IMG/VR virus record: IMGVR_UViG_3300012953_004391
Location: 1 to 35,281 of that record
From: a virus
Taxonomy: Duplodnaviria; Caudoviricetes
Direction: 5' to 3' (one strand)
Length of the DNA stretch: 35,281 nucleotides
Position numbers and translations under genes: made by a program. This document shows positions 26,961 through 35,281 of this stretch, piece after piece (the first letter of the stretch is position 1; each line of letters starts with the position of its first letter). The notes under the pieces were generated by a model. It was not told where the DNA came from, made no database searches, and saw nothing but the letters and a program-made list of their open reading frames with translations.

Positions 26961-27542
26961 ATGGAACTATACTGGACTCACAACCTTAGTAAAAACTATT
27001 TAGAATGTATCATTAACGACAACCTTTGTTACAGGGCCTTTAAAGGCGGTAAGAAAATTAAGAAATATGTAGATGACAAAGTTGTAGATGTTTTTACACA
27101 AAAAGAACACGATGATCCTTGGGAAGATGAGAAAAAATGGCTAAGCCAATTTTACTCTGATACATTAGGTGCTTATGAGCCAAAATTTGGATATGACCAA
27201 GGACAACAACATGCATGGAAAGTTAATAATAATTGGGACGACCAAGAATTTCCTATGTTTGGTGTAAGTAAAACAGGTGAGTATTTAGATAGACTACAAC
27301 GAACAACCAGTACACAGACAGGCATGGATATGACTACCGTACTTCAAAACATACCGTTTCACATAATGGTGGAAAAAGATGCAGACGGCAATTATTGGCA
27401 GAGACCATTTTGCACAGAACAAGATACCTTTTATAATGTTCAACCATGTTGTGTCTTTCCAGAAAATCCAGGAAGAAAATTACTACCACAAGATGAAGCA
27501 TTACGTTTGATAGAAAAGTACAGTAACTATTCAAACGCATAA
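26961..27542 (+). CDS. hypothetical protein
   Basis: 193-aa ORF directly after TATAAATA; TAATG overlap with the next gene. Confidence 0.7.
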   Translation: MELYWTHNLSKNYLECIINDNLCYRAFKGGKKIKKYVDDKVVDVFTQKEHDDPWEDEKKWLSQFYSDTLGAYEPKFGYDQGQQHAWKVNNNWDDQEFPMFGVSKTGEYLDRLQRTTSTQTGMDMTTVLQNIPFHIMVEKDADGNYWQRPFCTEQDTFYNVQPCCVFPENPGRKLLPQDEALRLIEKYSNYSNA

Positions 27543-28684
27543 TGATAATTCCTATCAGATTCGAAAATGACTCATATTTTAAAAAAGAAATATTAAACAG
27601 TCATGGTTATTTTGATGTAGCAAAGGATAAAGATGCATCTGGTGATAATCAAGATGTTTGGCATCTTGCTTGTAGTCAAATGAACAATTTTAATAGAGAG
27701 TGGTCATTAGAAGAAAAATATGTAAACTTTCAAGATGTATTAACAGGAAACTTTGATACTGAGCAATATTTAGAAATCACTATAGGTAATTGGTTTTTAC
27801 TTAAAGATAGAAGTTGGGTAAAAGATAAAAATATTATTGTAACAAATTTTACTGAATCATGGTTAAGAGGTTTGCCTTGTTATGGTAATCATCATAAATC
27901 TGTTTATGATTTAGATGTACTAGAGGATTTAAAACTTGCTAAAAATCCAGTATTAATAAGAGATAATGCAATTAAAATAGATGATATAAAATGTGTACAA
28001 GTACATTATTTTTATATGGAATGTAGAGAGCATTATCAGACATGGATACCTTGGTGTAGTAACTATGAAGAATTTGTAGCAAATAACATTAATCGTATAG
28101 ATGAGAAACAATATAAGTATGTTGCATTGTTGGGCCATACGAAACCTCATAGAACAGACTTTCAAAGTAAGATACAAAAACTAGGTGTACCAGCATTTAT
28201 TGGTGGGTTTGATTATGGTAAAATAGATTATGATGAACACCAAAAGGATCATACAGACCAAAACTTTTTAAAGGATAGATTTGTTGCTAAACAATGGCTA
28301 TGGAATACAAAACTATGGGTAGTACACGAAACACATTGTACATACAAAGGACAACCACAAGACTATATGTGTGCTCCAATTACAGAAAAAACTTGGAAGC
28401 CAATTGCATTTGGTATGCCATTTGTAATTAACTGTAACATTAAACAATTAGAAAGATTAGAAGAATTAGGATTCGATACTTTTACAAGTTTGTTTGGTAA
28501 CTATCATACAGATGATTTTGAAACAACAAATGACAACATTATAGAAATTATAAAAAATATAGACAGTTACGATACAAAAGAACTAAAACGTATTTGTAGG
28601 AAAAATTGGATTAGGTTTATGAATTTAACTCATTTTGATTTCAGAGATAAATTTTGGAAAGAATTAGGTATTTCTTACGAATAA
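27542..28684 (+). CDS. hypothetical protein, glycosyltransferase-like TEK domain
   Basis: KPHR...VVHET...ITEKTWKPIAFGMPF...LEELGFDTF. Confidence 0.55.
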   Translation: MIIPIRFENDSYFKKEILNSHGYFDVAKDKDASGDNQDVWHLACSQMNNFNREWSLEEKYVNFQDVLTGNFDTEQYLEITIGNWFLLKDRSWVKDKNIIVTNFTESWLRGLPCYGNHHKSVYDLDVLEDLKLAKNPVLIRDNAIKIDDIKCVQVHYFYMECREHYQTWIPWCSNYEEFVANNINRIDEKQYKYVALLGHTKPHRTDFQSKIQKLGVPAFIGGFDYGKIDYDEHQKDHTDQNFLKDRFVAKQWLWNTKLWVVHETHCTYKGQPQDYMCAPITEKTWKPIAFGMPFVINCNIKQLERLEELGFDTFTSLFGNYHTDDFETTNDNIIEIIKNIDSYDTKELKRICRKNWIRFMNLTHFDFRDKFWKELGISYE

Positions 28685-28709
28685 AAAAATAGGTACACGT
28701 CTGTACCTA
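28683..28709. terminator. hairpin between convergent genes (likely terminator for the minus-strand queD transcript)
   Basis: TAGGTACA-CGTC-TGTACCTA with an A-run on the left and ctttcttt on the right. Confidence 0.7.
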
Positions 28710-28789
28710 CTTTCTTTAACGACTCTTCTCATATATTTTATCATCGTATAATGGACTTTAGGCGTCCCACGGCTCCAAGGGCCTGTTAG

Positions 28790-29278
28790 TTATTGTACGT
28801 CTTCTATAAAACGTACTTTTTGGTGGTCTGCTAGTTCAACTGTGGCACTATTGGCTTCATGTTCTCTAACAGTACACTTCTGTACCCAACACCTGCCATT
28901 AGTCAGTTCCTTAACAATTCTGTCTGCTTCATCAAATGCCTGTTCGGCAAATCTTTCACAGCCAACACCGCCAACTACTCTCAAATCAATCAATCCTTTG
29001 TCTGCTAACATTTGAAATGTTTCAAACTCTGGATCATCACTTGCAAGTAGATAAGTATGGTCAAACATAAATTTCAACCATTCTTTAAGTGGCTTCAGTC
29101 CTCCAAAGTCCACTATCCAGTTACGTTCATCAAGTTCATCACCTCCGAAGAGAAATTCAAACTGTAATGCGTAACCATGGATTAAATTACAATGGCTGTC
29201 TGCTCGCCATTGTCTAAATGCACATGAATGTCCTGTATTATGTGCATAAGTTTTTCCTGAATAAAATCTTTTTGTCAT
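28790..29278 (-). CDS. queD: 6-carboxy-5,6,7,8-tetrahydropterin synthase (QueD/PTPS)
   Basis: HSCAFRQ, HCNLIHGY, VDFGGLK, FDH, VREHEANSA. Confidence 0.88.
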   Translation of the reverse strand: MTKRFYSGKTYAHNTGHSCAFRQWRADSHCNLIHGYALQFEFLFGGDELDERNWIVDFGGLKPLKEWLKFMFDHTYLLASDDPEFETFQMLADKGLIDLRVVGGVGCERFAEQAFDEADRIVKELTNGRCWVQKCTVREHEANSATVELADHQKVRFIEDVQ

Positions 29279-29568
29279 AGTGTCTCAATCTTTGATGTTT
29301 GTTGTGTGTAGCCTTTACTTATCTCGTCATTAGTCTTAGCCATACTTAAAACATGTTCCATCTTAATTGATACTGTTGATTCTGGATTCACCGTCATCAT
29401 ATATGGCATAAGTCCGAAGCCTTCAGCACTTCTACCTACAATCAGTGGCGTATCAAGTTCGACGTATCCGTCATCTCTTTTATCTTTTTTTAGTCTTGCA
29501 ACTAATTCTTCGCCTGTTGTAAGTCTGCAACTGACAACTTCATTCTCTTTAATAACTTCAATAAGCAT
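29275..29568 (-). CDS. Sm-like fold phage protein
   Basis: RLTTGEELVA...L.TP...LMPYM...Y pattern. Confidence 0.6.
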   Translation of the reverse strand: MLIEVIKENEVVSCRLTTGEELVARLKKDKRDDGYVELDTPLIVGRSAEGFGLMPYMMTVNPESTVSIKMEHVLSMAKTNDEISKGYTQQTSKIETL

Positions 29569-29589
29569 AGTTCTATCCTGTAAAATTAT

Positions 29590-29617
29590 ATTATACAGAA
29601 TAGTTATGGAAAGTCAA
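29590..29617 (-). promoter_or_regulatory. sigma70-type promoter TTGACT-16-TATAAT
   Basis: agtcaa at 29612-29617, attata at 29590-29595. Confidence 0.6.
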
Positions 29618-29625
29618 CCTATTTT

Positions 29626-30084
29626 TTAAACAATTCCGGCTTCTTCTAGAGTTACGTCAACAAGTCCTTCTCTGATTAACTTTTTACGGTTAGCCATATG
29701 CTTGTCTTGTATCTCATCTTTACTACCACCAAAGTATGCAACTGCATGACCTTCTTCTACTAATATGTCAGTAACCATTCGACCATCCTCAGTAACAAAG
29801 TCACCTAAGATACGACCGAACTTGCCTCGCATGTCTTCGCCTTTTTTGTTGATTTGTGTTTTTAGAATTGGACCTGATTTACCACCTATAAGTTCTTTCA
29901 ACCTAGCCTTACTAGCCAAACCAAATTTCTTTTCTACTTTGTCTCTGGTTCTACTTTCAGGTGTGTCTATACCCATAATACGAACTCTTTCGTCTTTGAG
30001 TAAAATATCAAACCCTAAATCTATATCCACGTCTACTGTGTCGCCATCAATCACTTTGATGACTTTACATCTGTACTCGTACAT
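29626..30084 (-). CDS. thermonuclease (SNase-like) family nuclease
   Basis: KVIDGDTVD, RIMGIDTPE, GKFGRILG, EGHAVAY. Confidence 0.9.
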   Translation of the reverse strand: MYEYRCKVIKVIDGDTVDVDIDLGFDILLKDERVRIMGIDTPESRTRDKVEKKFGLASKARLKELIGGKSGPILKTQINKKGEDMRGKFGRILGDFVTEDGRMVTDILVEEGHAVAYFGGSKDEIQDKHMANRKKLIREGLVDVTLEEAGIV

Positions 30085-30129
30085 AATTACTCCTGTTTCC
30101 TACAAGAGTATTTATCTTAATATACAGTT

Positions 30130-30684
30130 TTAATCGTTTCGGACTAAGAAGGTATGATTGCTCAAAATAGCAACTACAGGATACACACTTCCCCATTTAG
30201 GCTGACTTATATTATGATTATAATAATGTGTCGCACCCGTTGTAGGATCTATAGTCATGCCTTTCATTGCCAATAATGCAACTTGCACACTTTGTTTCCA
30301 AGACTCCATATTAGGGCCTATAGCCTTTCCTGCTCTATTACCATTTAGATATACTATTTGGATATTATCACTTTTACCATCACAGTACCAACTAAACTGA
30401 CATAAGCCAATCACAGGTTGTGTTTTACCTCTCCAGTTTGTGTAATACTTTGCTTGGTGAACAACATCACAAATATTGTTCGGATACTTAGGGTGTTTTA
30501 CCCTATTTAATGTTACATGAGCAACCGCACTTTTACCTGCTAAGGATTCTCCTTTTGCTTCATGATATACATTTGTCGCTAAACATAATGCTTGTTCAGG
30601 GTCTATCTTGACTCCGTCCACATTGTATGGTGCATAACTTACCATCATTGATAGTAGCACTGACTTTATGGTTATCAATTCCAT
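30130..30684 (-). CDS. SleB-like cell wall hydrolase (Hydrolase_2)
   Basis: CLATNVYHEAKGE, V.LNRV..P.YPN.IC.VV, CQFSW, DPTTGATHY. Confidence 0.92.
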   Translation of the reverse strand: MELITIKSVLLSMMVSYAPYNVDGVKIDPEQALCLATNVYHEAKGESLAGKSAVAHVTLNRVKHPKYPNNICDVVHQAKYYTNWRGKTQPVIGLCQFSWYCDGKSDNIQIVYLNGNRAGKAIGPNMESWKQSVQVALLAMKGMTIDPTTGATHYYNHNISQPKWGSVYPVVAILSNHTFLVRND

Positions 30685-30709
30685 GTCTCCAACTCCATTA
30701 ATAAATTAT

Positions 30710-30738
30710 ATTATACTAAATTCGTGTGGCTGTGTCAA
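30710..30738 (-). promoter_or_regulatory. perfect sigma70 promoter TTGACA-17-TATAAT
   Basis: tgtcaa at 30733-30738, attata at 30710-30715. Confidence 0.75.
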
Positions 30739-30778
30739 GTTTTTGTTGCCATGATTATTGGCGTAAATGTTTGTTTAT

Positions 30779-31135
30779 TTATTCTATTTCTTTGAAAGGA
30801 ATTCTGCTAACTTTAGACCAACTCTCGTCAGCAGTATATTTTGCCGCTTCTTCATAAGTGGGCATAGGATCTTTTACTTTGGTAATAACGGGCCATTTGG
30901 CATCCTGACTCATTTCTCTATTGAACTCCAACCAATGATGATCCTCAGGTGCAAGTTTTCTATCAGATACTATAGCATTAACTGGACACTCTGGTTCACA
31001 TATTGCACAATCAATACACACATCAGGATCTATAACTAGTGTGTTTTCTCCCTCATGAAAACAATCCACTGGGCAGACCTTAACACATGTGGTGTGTTTG
31101 CAATCAACACATTCTGATTTTACAACATAGGTCAT
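30779..31135 (-). CDS. fdxA: 7Fe-type ferredoxin (FdxA family)
   Basis: MTYVV..ECVDCKHTTCVKVCPVDCF.EG...LVIDPDVCIDCAICEPECPVNAI...WPVIT. Confidence 0.92.
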   Translation of the reverse strand: MTYVVKSECVDCKHTTCVKVCPVDCFHEGENTLVIDPDVCIDCAICEPECPVNAIVSDRKLAPEDHHWLEFNREMSQDAKWPVITKVKDPMPTYEEAAKYTADESWSKVSRIPFKEIE

Positions 31136-31302
31136 TTAGTGGTCTCCAATGCTATATTTAACAAAAATTCGGTATTTCGATACCATATTTCAGTTATCAT
31201 GTAAATAAAAGTAACTGATTGGTTATAGAACCAGTTGACACAAAAAATGTTTCACCGCTCATTAAGATGTGATAGATAGTAAAGGAACTCGGCGTTCCCC
31301 AA

Positions 31303-32394
31303 TCAGTCAACACAGGCTCCGGAGCCAATTTGTGTTATCATACCAGAGTTAATGGCTTGTTGCCATAACTGTCCACTGGCTAGGTTTTTTGCCTTTGCTT
31401 CGCACTGGATGTCGAAGTCTTGCCAAAATGTCAATGCCCATTCATTAGTTTTTTCATTAGGGTAAAAGTCCGAGTGTGCTCTAAGTTTTTGTTTCTTACA
31501 ACCTAAATCGAGTAAGGACTGTATGTCATGCATAGTTCCATGTTTGTCTGTCCCTTCAAGCAAGGATGGGTCAGGTAGCCATTCATCCCGGCTATAACTA
31601 TAATGTAAAGCAGGGCGGACACCACGCCAACTATCAATAATCCTTTTAATACGGTCATCATTCGCTTGTATATATTCTTCATCTCTAATCCAATGGTGGT
31701 GTATGTCTAAGACTAACGCCACATGTTTTTCTAATTTCAAAGACTCATCTAGTCCCCAACACATCTCATCATTCTCGATTGTAATAGTGTTACGGGCCTC
31801 AGGTGAAAGTCTCGGTAATGTTTGTATGATTCCTTCTGCACCATGCCTACCAGATATGTGTACATTAATTTTCATGTCTTGGAACTCTTTACCATAACCC
31901 ATCCAACGTGCCATGTTTGCATGATACTCAAATTCATCAATGCTACGTTCTACAACATCAGGCTTGTCGCTAGCCAATACGCAAAACTGCCCAGGATGGA
32001 AACTAATACGCACATCAAGAGCACGAGCCAGTTCGCCCACCTTGGCGAATCCTTTCTCCAGCATTCTGATATTATCAGGATCGTCCCACATGTAGCGAAA
32101 GTTTGGCTCAGTAGCCATAGGTATTTGATTACTTCCAAGACGTACCATCCTCCTGTTCTCAGGTAGACTGCCTACCCATTTCACAAGATTGTAGGCACTT
32201 TGCATGTTGTGTTCTATTAGATCCAACATACGTTGCTCCGCAACAGACTTTTCTTGTCGTTTGCACCAAGCAACAGTAGTTACCTTTTCTGTGTAGTTCT
32301 GCTGTATCTCCTTAAGGATCTTAGGCTTTTGCGTCTGATCCGGGTCCAGATATTTGCAACAGAAACCAATGCGTTGTATAGATTCGTCAAACAT
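31303..32394 (-). CDS. uvsE: UV damage endonuclease UvsE/UVDE
   Basis: RIGFCC, RISFHPGQF, IENDE, LDIHHH, LHYS, AHSDF, EAKAK. Start reassigned to ATG 32394. Confidence 0.92.
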   Translation of the reverse strand: MFDESIQRIGFCCKYLDPDQTQKPKILKEIQQNYTEKVTTVAWCKRQEKSVAEQRMLDLIEHNMQSAYNLVKWVGSLPENRRMVRLGSNQIPMATEPNFRYMWDDPDNIRMLEKGFAKVGELARALDVRISFHPGQFCVLASDKPDVVERSIDEFEYHANMARWMGYGKEFQDMKINVHISGRHGAEGIIQTLPRLSPEARNTITIENDEMCWGLDESLKLEKHVALVLDIHHHWIRDEEYIQANDDRIKRIIDSWRGVRPALHYSYSRDEWLPDPSLLEGTDKHGTMHDIQSLLDLGCKKQKLRAHSDFYPNEKTNEWALTFWQDFDIQCEAKAKNLASGQLWQQAINSGMITQIGSGACVD

Positions 32395-32400
32395 GGCTAA

Positions 32401-32436
32401 ATTATACACTCATACACTATCGATGTCAACTAAATA
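32401..32436. promoter_or_regulatory. TTGACA-17-TATAAT (minus, uvsE) back-to-back with TAAATA (plus)
   Basis: attata at 32401-32406, tgtcaa at 32424-32429, taaata at 32431-32436. Confidence 0.75.
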
Positions 32437-32441
32437 ATGAT

Positions 32442-33221
32442 ATGGAAATAGATAGAATAATTGCTTCAGGAGACAGTTTTACTGAAGGTGCTAAAAACGT
32501 TATCAACATCACAAGTGTTGAAACATGGCCCGCAAGGCTAGGAAACAAATTAAATGTACCTTGGGTAAACTTAGCAGAAGGTGGGTCAAGCAATTATGAT
32601 ATTGCATTACAACCTATTCAGCACATAAAAGATAAGCCTTCAAACAAACCTCTGTTTATATTTGGATTTACTGTGGATCATAGAATTACATACTTTGATT
32701 ATGACTTAGGTAAAATAAAAAGTTTTTATACAATATTACCAGAAGAGATTGATGCTGTATTTAAGAACAGCAATGAAATTAAAAAGAAATTAAATTTAGA
32801 CATTACTTTAGGTTTAAAAAATAACGTAAACTTTGTAGGAATGTGTGACATAGAAAAAGTTAATAAAGACGATGACGACCCATTGTTAGATGGTTTCTTA
32901 TGGCAAACTATAAATGCAATTAACGTTGCAATGAATTATAAAAACTTATACAAAGATGCAGAAGTTCTTTGGGGATTCATACATGCAGAAGATACAGCCA
33001 GAGATATAAGAATTAGAACATGTCCTTTTACAAATACTCAATATAAAATAAATTGGCCCCACATGGATAATTGTTTTAATCAGTACATGGATAATTTTAA
33101 TCCTGTACAAGGTTTAAGTGATAAAGAAAAAAACTGGGCAAAGAAAGATGACTGTCATCCAGACGTTGTAGGAATACAAAAGTACGCAGACTTCTTTGCA
33201 AACGTCATATCAAAAATTTGA
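32442..33221 (+). CDS. SGNH/GDSL hydrolase-like protein
   Basis: GDSFTEG, W, NLAEGGSSN and C-terminal DDCHP. Confidence 0.75.
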   Translation: MEIDRIIASGDSFTEGAKNVINITSVETWPARLGNKLNVPWVNLAEGGSSNYDIALQPIQHIKDKPSNKPLFIFGFTVDHRITYFDYDLGKIKSFYTILPEEIDAVFKNSNEIKKKLNLDITLGLKNNVNFVGMCDIEKVNKDDDDPLLDGFLWQTINAINVAMNYKNLYKDAEVLWGFIHAEDTARDIRIRTCPFTNTQYKINWPHMDNCFNQYMDNFNPVQGLSDKEKNWAKKDDCHPDVVGIQKYADFFANVISKI

Positions 33222-33270
33222 TAAATAATGCTGTAGACAACTACATAATCGATTATGAGTGGAGTAACCA

Positions 33271-33855
33271 ATGGCAGATATTAATAACTTCGGGTTGAAA
33301 GGACTAGGCAGTCTTGTCCAGTTTGGAAAACGCGGATTAAAACTTCTCACAAACACTACAGATAACGAATTTACGTTTACTGACAATGATGGTTCAACTC
33401 TAGTAGAAGTAAAAGGTGCTGATGCAACACAGGCTACAGCATTCTTTACAAAAGGACAATTTGATAGTGCTACTCAAACAGTTGCTCAATATGTAAGTAC
33501 AGAAGTACAATACAACACAGGGACTACGACATTGTTTGAAGCACCAGCAAATTCAATGATATTCAGTGTACACGTTGACGTTGGCAGTCCGTGGGTAAGT
33601 GCAAACTCTACCACAGCAGTCCAAATAGGTGACAGTGGTGATGCAGATAGGCATTTTAGTGCCGGAGATGCTGATATGACTCAGACATTTCAATTTCAAA
33701 GCAATCATCAACACATTTATACATCTGCCACAGATGTTGTTGCAACAATTACGCAAGGCGGTGCATCATCCGGAACTGCTACAGTAACAGCGATTGTTAT
33801 TACGCAGGCTGGGGTTACAAGTAATATTGCTAGAGATTACGGTTCAGTAGCATAA
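33271..33855 (+). CDS. probable virion structural protein
   Basis: G/T/S/A-rich beta-type 194-aa ORF with TAAATA at 33222, GGAG RBS and its own terminator. Confidence 0.55.
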   Translation: MADINNFGLKGLGSLVQFGKRGLKLLTNTTDNEFTFTDNDGSTLVEVKGADATQATAFFTKGQFDSATQTVAQYVSTEVQYNTGTTTLFEAPANSMIFSVHVDVGSPWVSANSTTAVQIGDSGDADRHFSAGDADMTQTFQFQSNHQHIYTSATDVVATITQGGASSGTATVTAIVITQAGVTSNIARDYGSVA

Positions 33856-33874
33856 GAAACCTAATATAAAATTT

Positions 33875-33902
33875 AAGCACACCTTCGGGTGTGCTTTTTT
33901 TT
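33875..33902 (+). terminator. intrinsic terminator
   Basis: AAGCACACC-TTCG-GGTGTGCTT followed by a T-run. Confidence 0.92.
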
Positions 33903-33936
33903 GGCAAAAATAAAGAAACTGATAAATACACACATA

Positions 33937-34413
33937 ATGTTTAAAAATTTATTTAAGGATACGAAATTGAATAGAGAAGCAGTATTTGAACAACTTAAAA
34001 TAGACGAAGGAGTTGTTAATGAAATCTATAAAGACCATCTCGGCTACCCAACGTTCGGTGTCGGTCATCTCGTCCTCGAGTCAGACCCAGAATACGGACA
34101 AGAAGTTGGCACACCAGTTTCAGAAGAAAGAACAAAAGAGTGTTTTGAAAAAGACCTCGACATTGCCATTGGAGAATGTGAGTTACTATACGAAGAAGGG
34201 GTGTTTGGAGACTTACCAGACGAAGTCCAACAAATATTGGTCAACATGATGTTTAATATGGGTAGAACTAGACTAAGCAAATTTAAAAAAATGCATGCCG
34301 CTATATTAGAAGGTGACTGGAAAGAAGCCGCAGTAGAAGGCAGAGATTCAAGATGGCATAAACAAGTAACTAACAGAGCAGAAAGGCTTATGGTTAGATT
34401 AGAGAACGTATAA
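33937..34413 (+). CDS. T4-type lysozyme (GH24)
   Basis: LKIDEG....YKDHLGYPTFGVGHL (E-D-T catalytic triad spacing), NMMFNMG, SRWHKQVTNRAERL. Confidence 0.9.
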   Translation: MFKNLFKDTKLNREAVFEQLKIDEGVVNEIYKDHLGYPTFGVGHLVLESDPEYGQEVGTPVSEERTKECFEKDLDIAIGECELLYEEGVFGDLPDEVQQILVNMMFNMGRTRLSKFKKMHAAILEGDWKEAAVEGRDSRWHKQVTNRAERLMVRLENV

Positions 34414-35281
34414 TGAAACTAACAGACTTTTTAAATGAGGCAAACCAAGTAAAGGCTAAAGAAAAAAAGCCTAAGAAAATTAAGCCTAACAAAGGACATG
34501 AAAGTCCACATCCTTATCAAGGGAGACTTGTTGGCGAAAGTAAACCTCAAAAACCTAAACCTTATGACCCTAATAAAAATCAACCTAACCCTGTAGCAAA
34601 ACATTCTAGGAATAAAAGTGGTGCTGGTGCTCACAAGTCTGTAAAAGATTACGACAGGAAAGATAAAAGAAAAGATATACTTTCCAGAATGGACGAAGGT
34701 GAAGAAAGAAGTATTATTCAACAAGCATGTATTGAAAAATTAATAGATAACTTTGCTGGTAGAGAATCTAGTTATGAAAACAAAGAAGAATTAGAATATG
34801 CAATTTATCAACAACTAGAACAATTAGATGTAGCAGATTGTGTGGACCCAGAGATGGAAGTAGGTGGGCAACCGATTGGAAACTTTGCTGGTGGTAGAGT
34901 TTTAGATACTATAAATTCAAGTGATGTAATATATGATGTAATGAATGCTTTGGATTTATCAGAATTAGAAGGTGTATATGAAGGTGTACTTGTTGCTGAT
35001 AGAGGCGATATCATAAACAGTATTTTAGACCAAATAAGGTCAGAAGCATATGATGACATAGGACTTATTAAACACTTAGCAAAATTAATCGGCAAAACAG
35101 TAAGTGTTAGGAGACATAAACATAAAAAAGAAGGTGGAGTATTACAACTAGAGCATGTAGAGAAATTAATGCTTTTACCACCACAACATTATCGTACATT
35201 ACAAGAATCAGTAGGCAAATTAATTACAGAAGCAGAATTCGATAGACTAGCAGAAAAGAAAGATGCTTGTTATCACAAAGT
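34413..35281 (+). CDS. modular late protein, possibly head-internal and protease-processed (3' truncated)
   Basis: Open frame from ATG 34413 (MKLTDFLNEANQVKAKEKKP...) to the window end; missing from the ORF track because it has no stop. Confidence 0.75.
   Translation, partial: MKLTDFLNEANQVKAKEKKPKKIKPNKGHESPHPYQGRLVGESKPQKPKPYDPNKNQPNPVAKHSRNKSGAGAHKSVKDYDRKDKRKDILSRMDEGEERSIIQQACIEKLIDNFAGRESSYENKEELEYAIYQQLEQLDVADCVDPEMEVGGQPIGNFAGGRVLDTINSSDVIYDVMNALDLSELEGVYEGVLVADRGDIINSILDQIRSEAYDDIGLIKHLAKLIGKTVSVRRHKHKKEGGVLQLEHVEKLMLLPPQHYRTLQESVGKLITEAEFDRLAEKKDACYHK

Noticed and set aside
1-35281. Cellular (bacterial chromosome) origin, suggested by suf, clpX, rpmG and rpsU
   Set aside because: The genes lack their usual chromosomal neighbours (clpP/tig, rpmB, clpA) and are mixed with phage-type genes and TATAAATA promoters. 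No capsid or terminase gene is in the window, so the viral call remains a strong inference.
1-35281. tRNA, tmRNA, rRNA or RNase P genes
   Set aside because: No cloverleaf/TψC signatures or conserved termini recognised by eye in the intergenic gaps.

Overview
AT-rich, gene-dense fragment of what is most likely a large T4-like (myo/jumbo) aquatic bacteriophage genome in genetic code 11. The viral call rests on TAAATA/TATAAATA late-promoter boxes, a T4-type lysozyme, dCMP deaminase, Hsp20, a SleB hydrolase and a head-protein-like ORF with L-x-E sites. The host is probably a proteobacterium (inference from the TorF-like porin, 7Fe ferredoxin and SufB style). Most genes lie on the minus strand. 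The window is a large auxiliary 'host-takeover' island: a near-complete SUF Fe-S assembly cluster (sufB, cupin, sufC, sufD, sufS, sufT) plus ferredoxin, ferritin-like protein and peroxiredoxin; two ribosomal proteins (bL33 and an extended bS21); proteostasis genes (clpS, clpX, hsp20); and fabF, queD, uvsE, a TauD-like dioxygenase and cytidylyltransferases. The most unusual sequence-level observations are a 66-aa gene nested out of frame inside a 544-aa gene, a ~350-nt promoter-driven structured non-coding stretch upstream of hsp20, a ~95-nt stem-closed candidate sRNA, and repeated placement of promoters 5-9 nt from start codons (apparently leaderless mRNAs). All protein calls are by motif recognition, with no database search.
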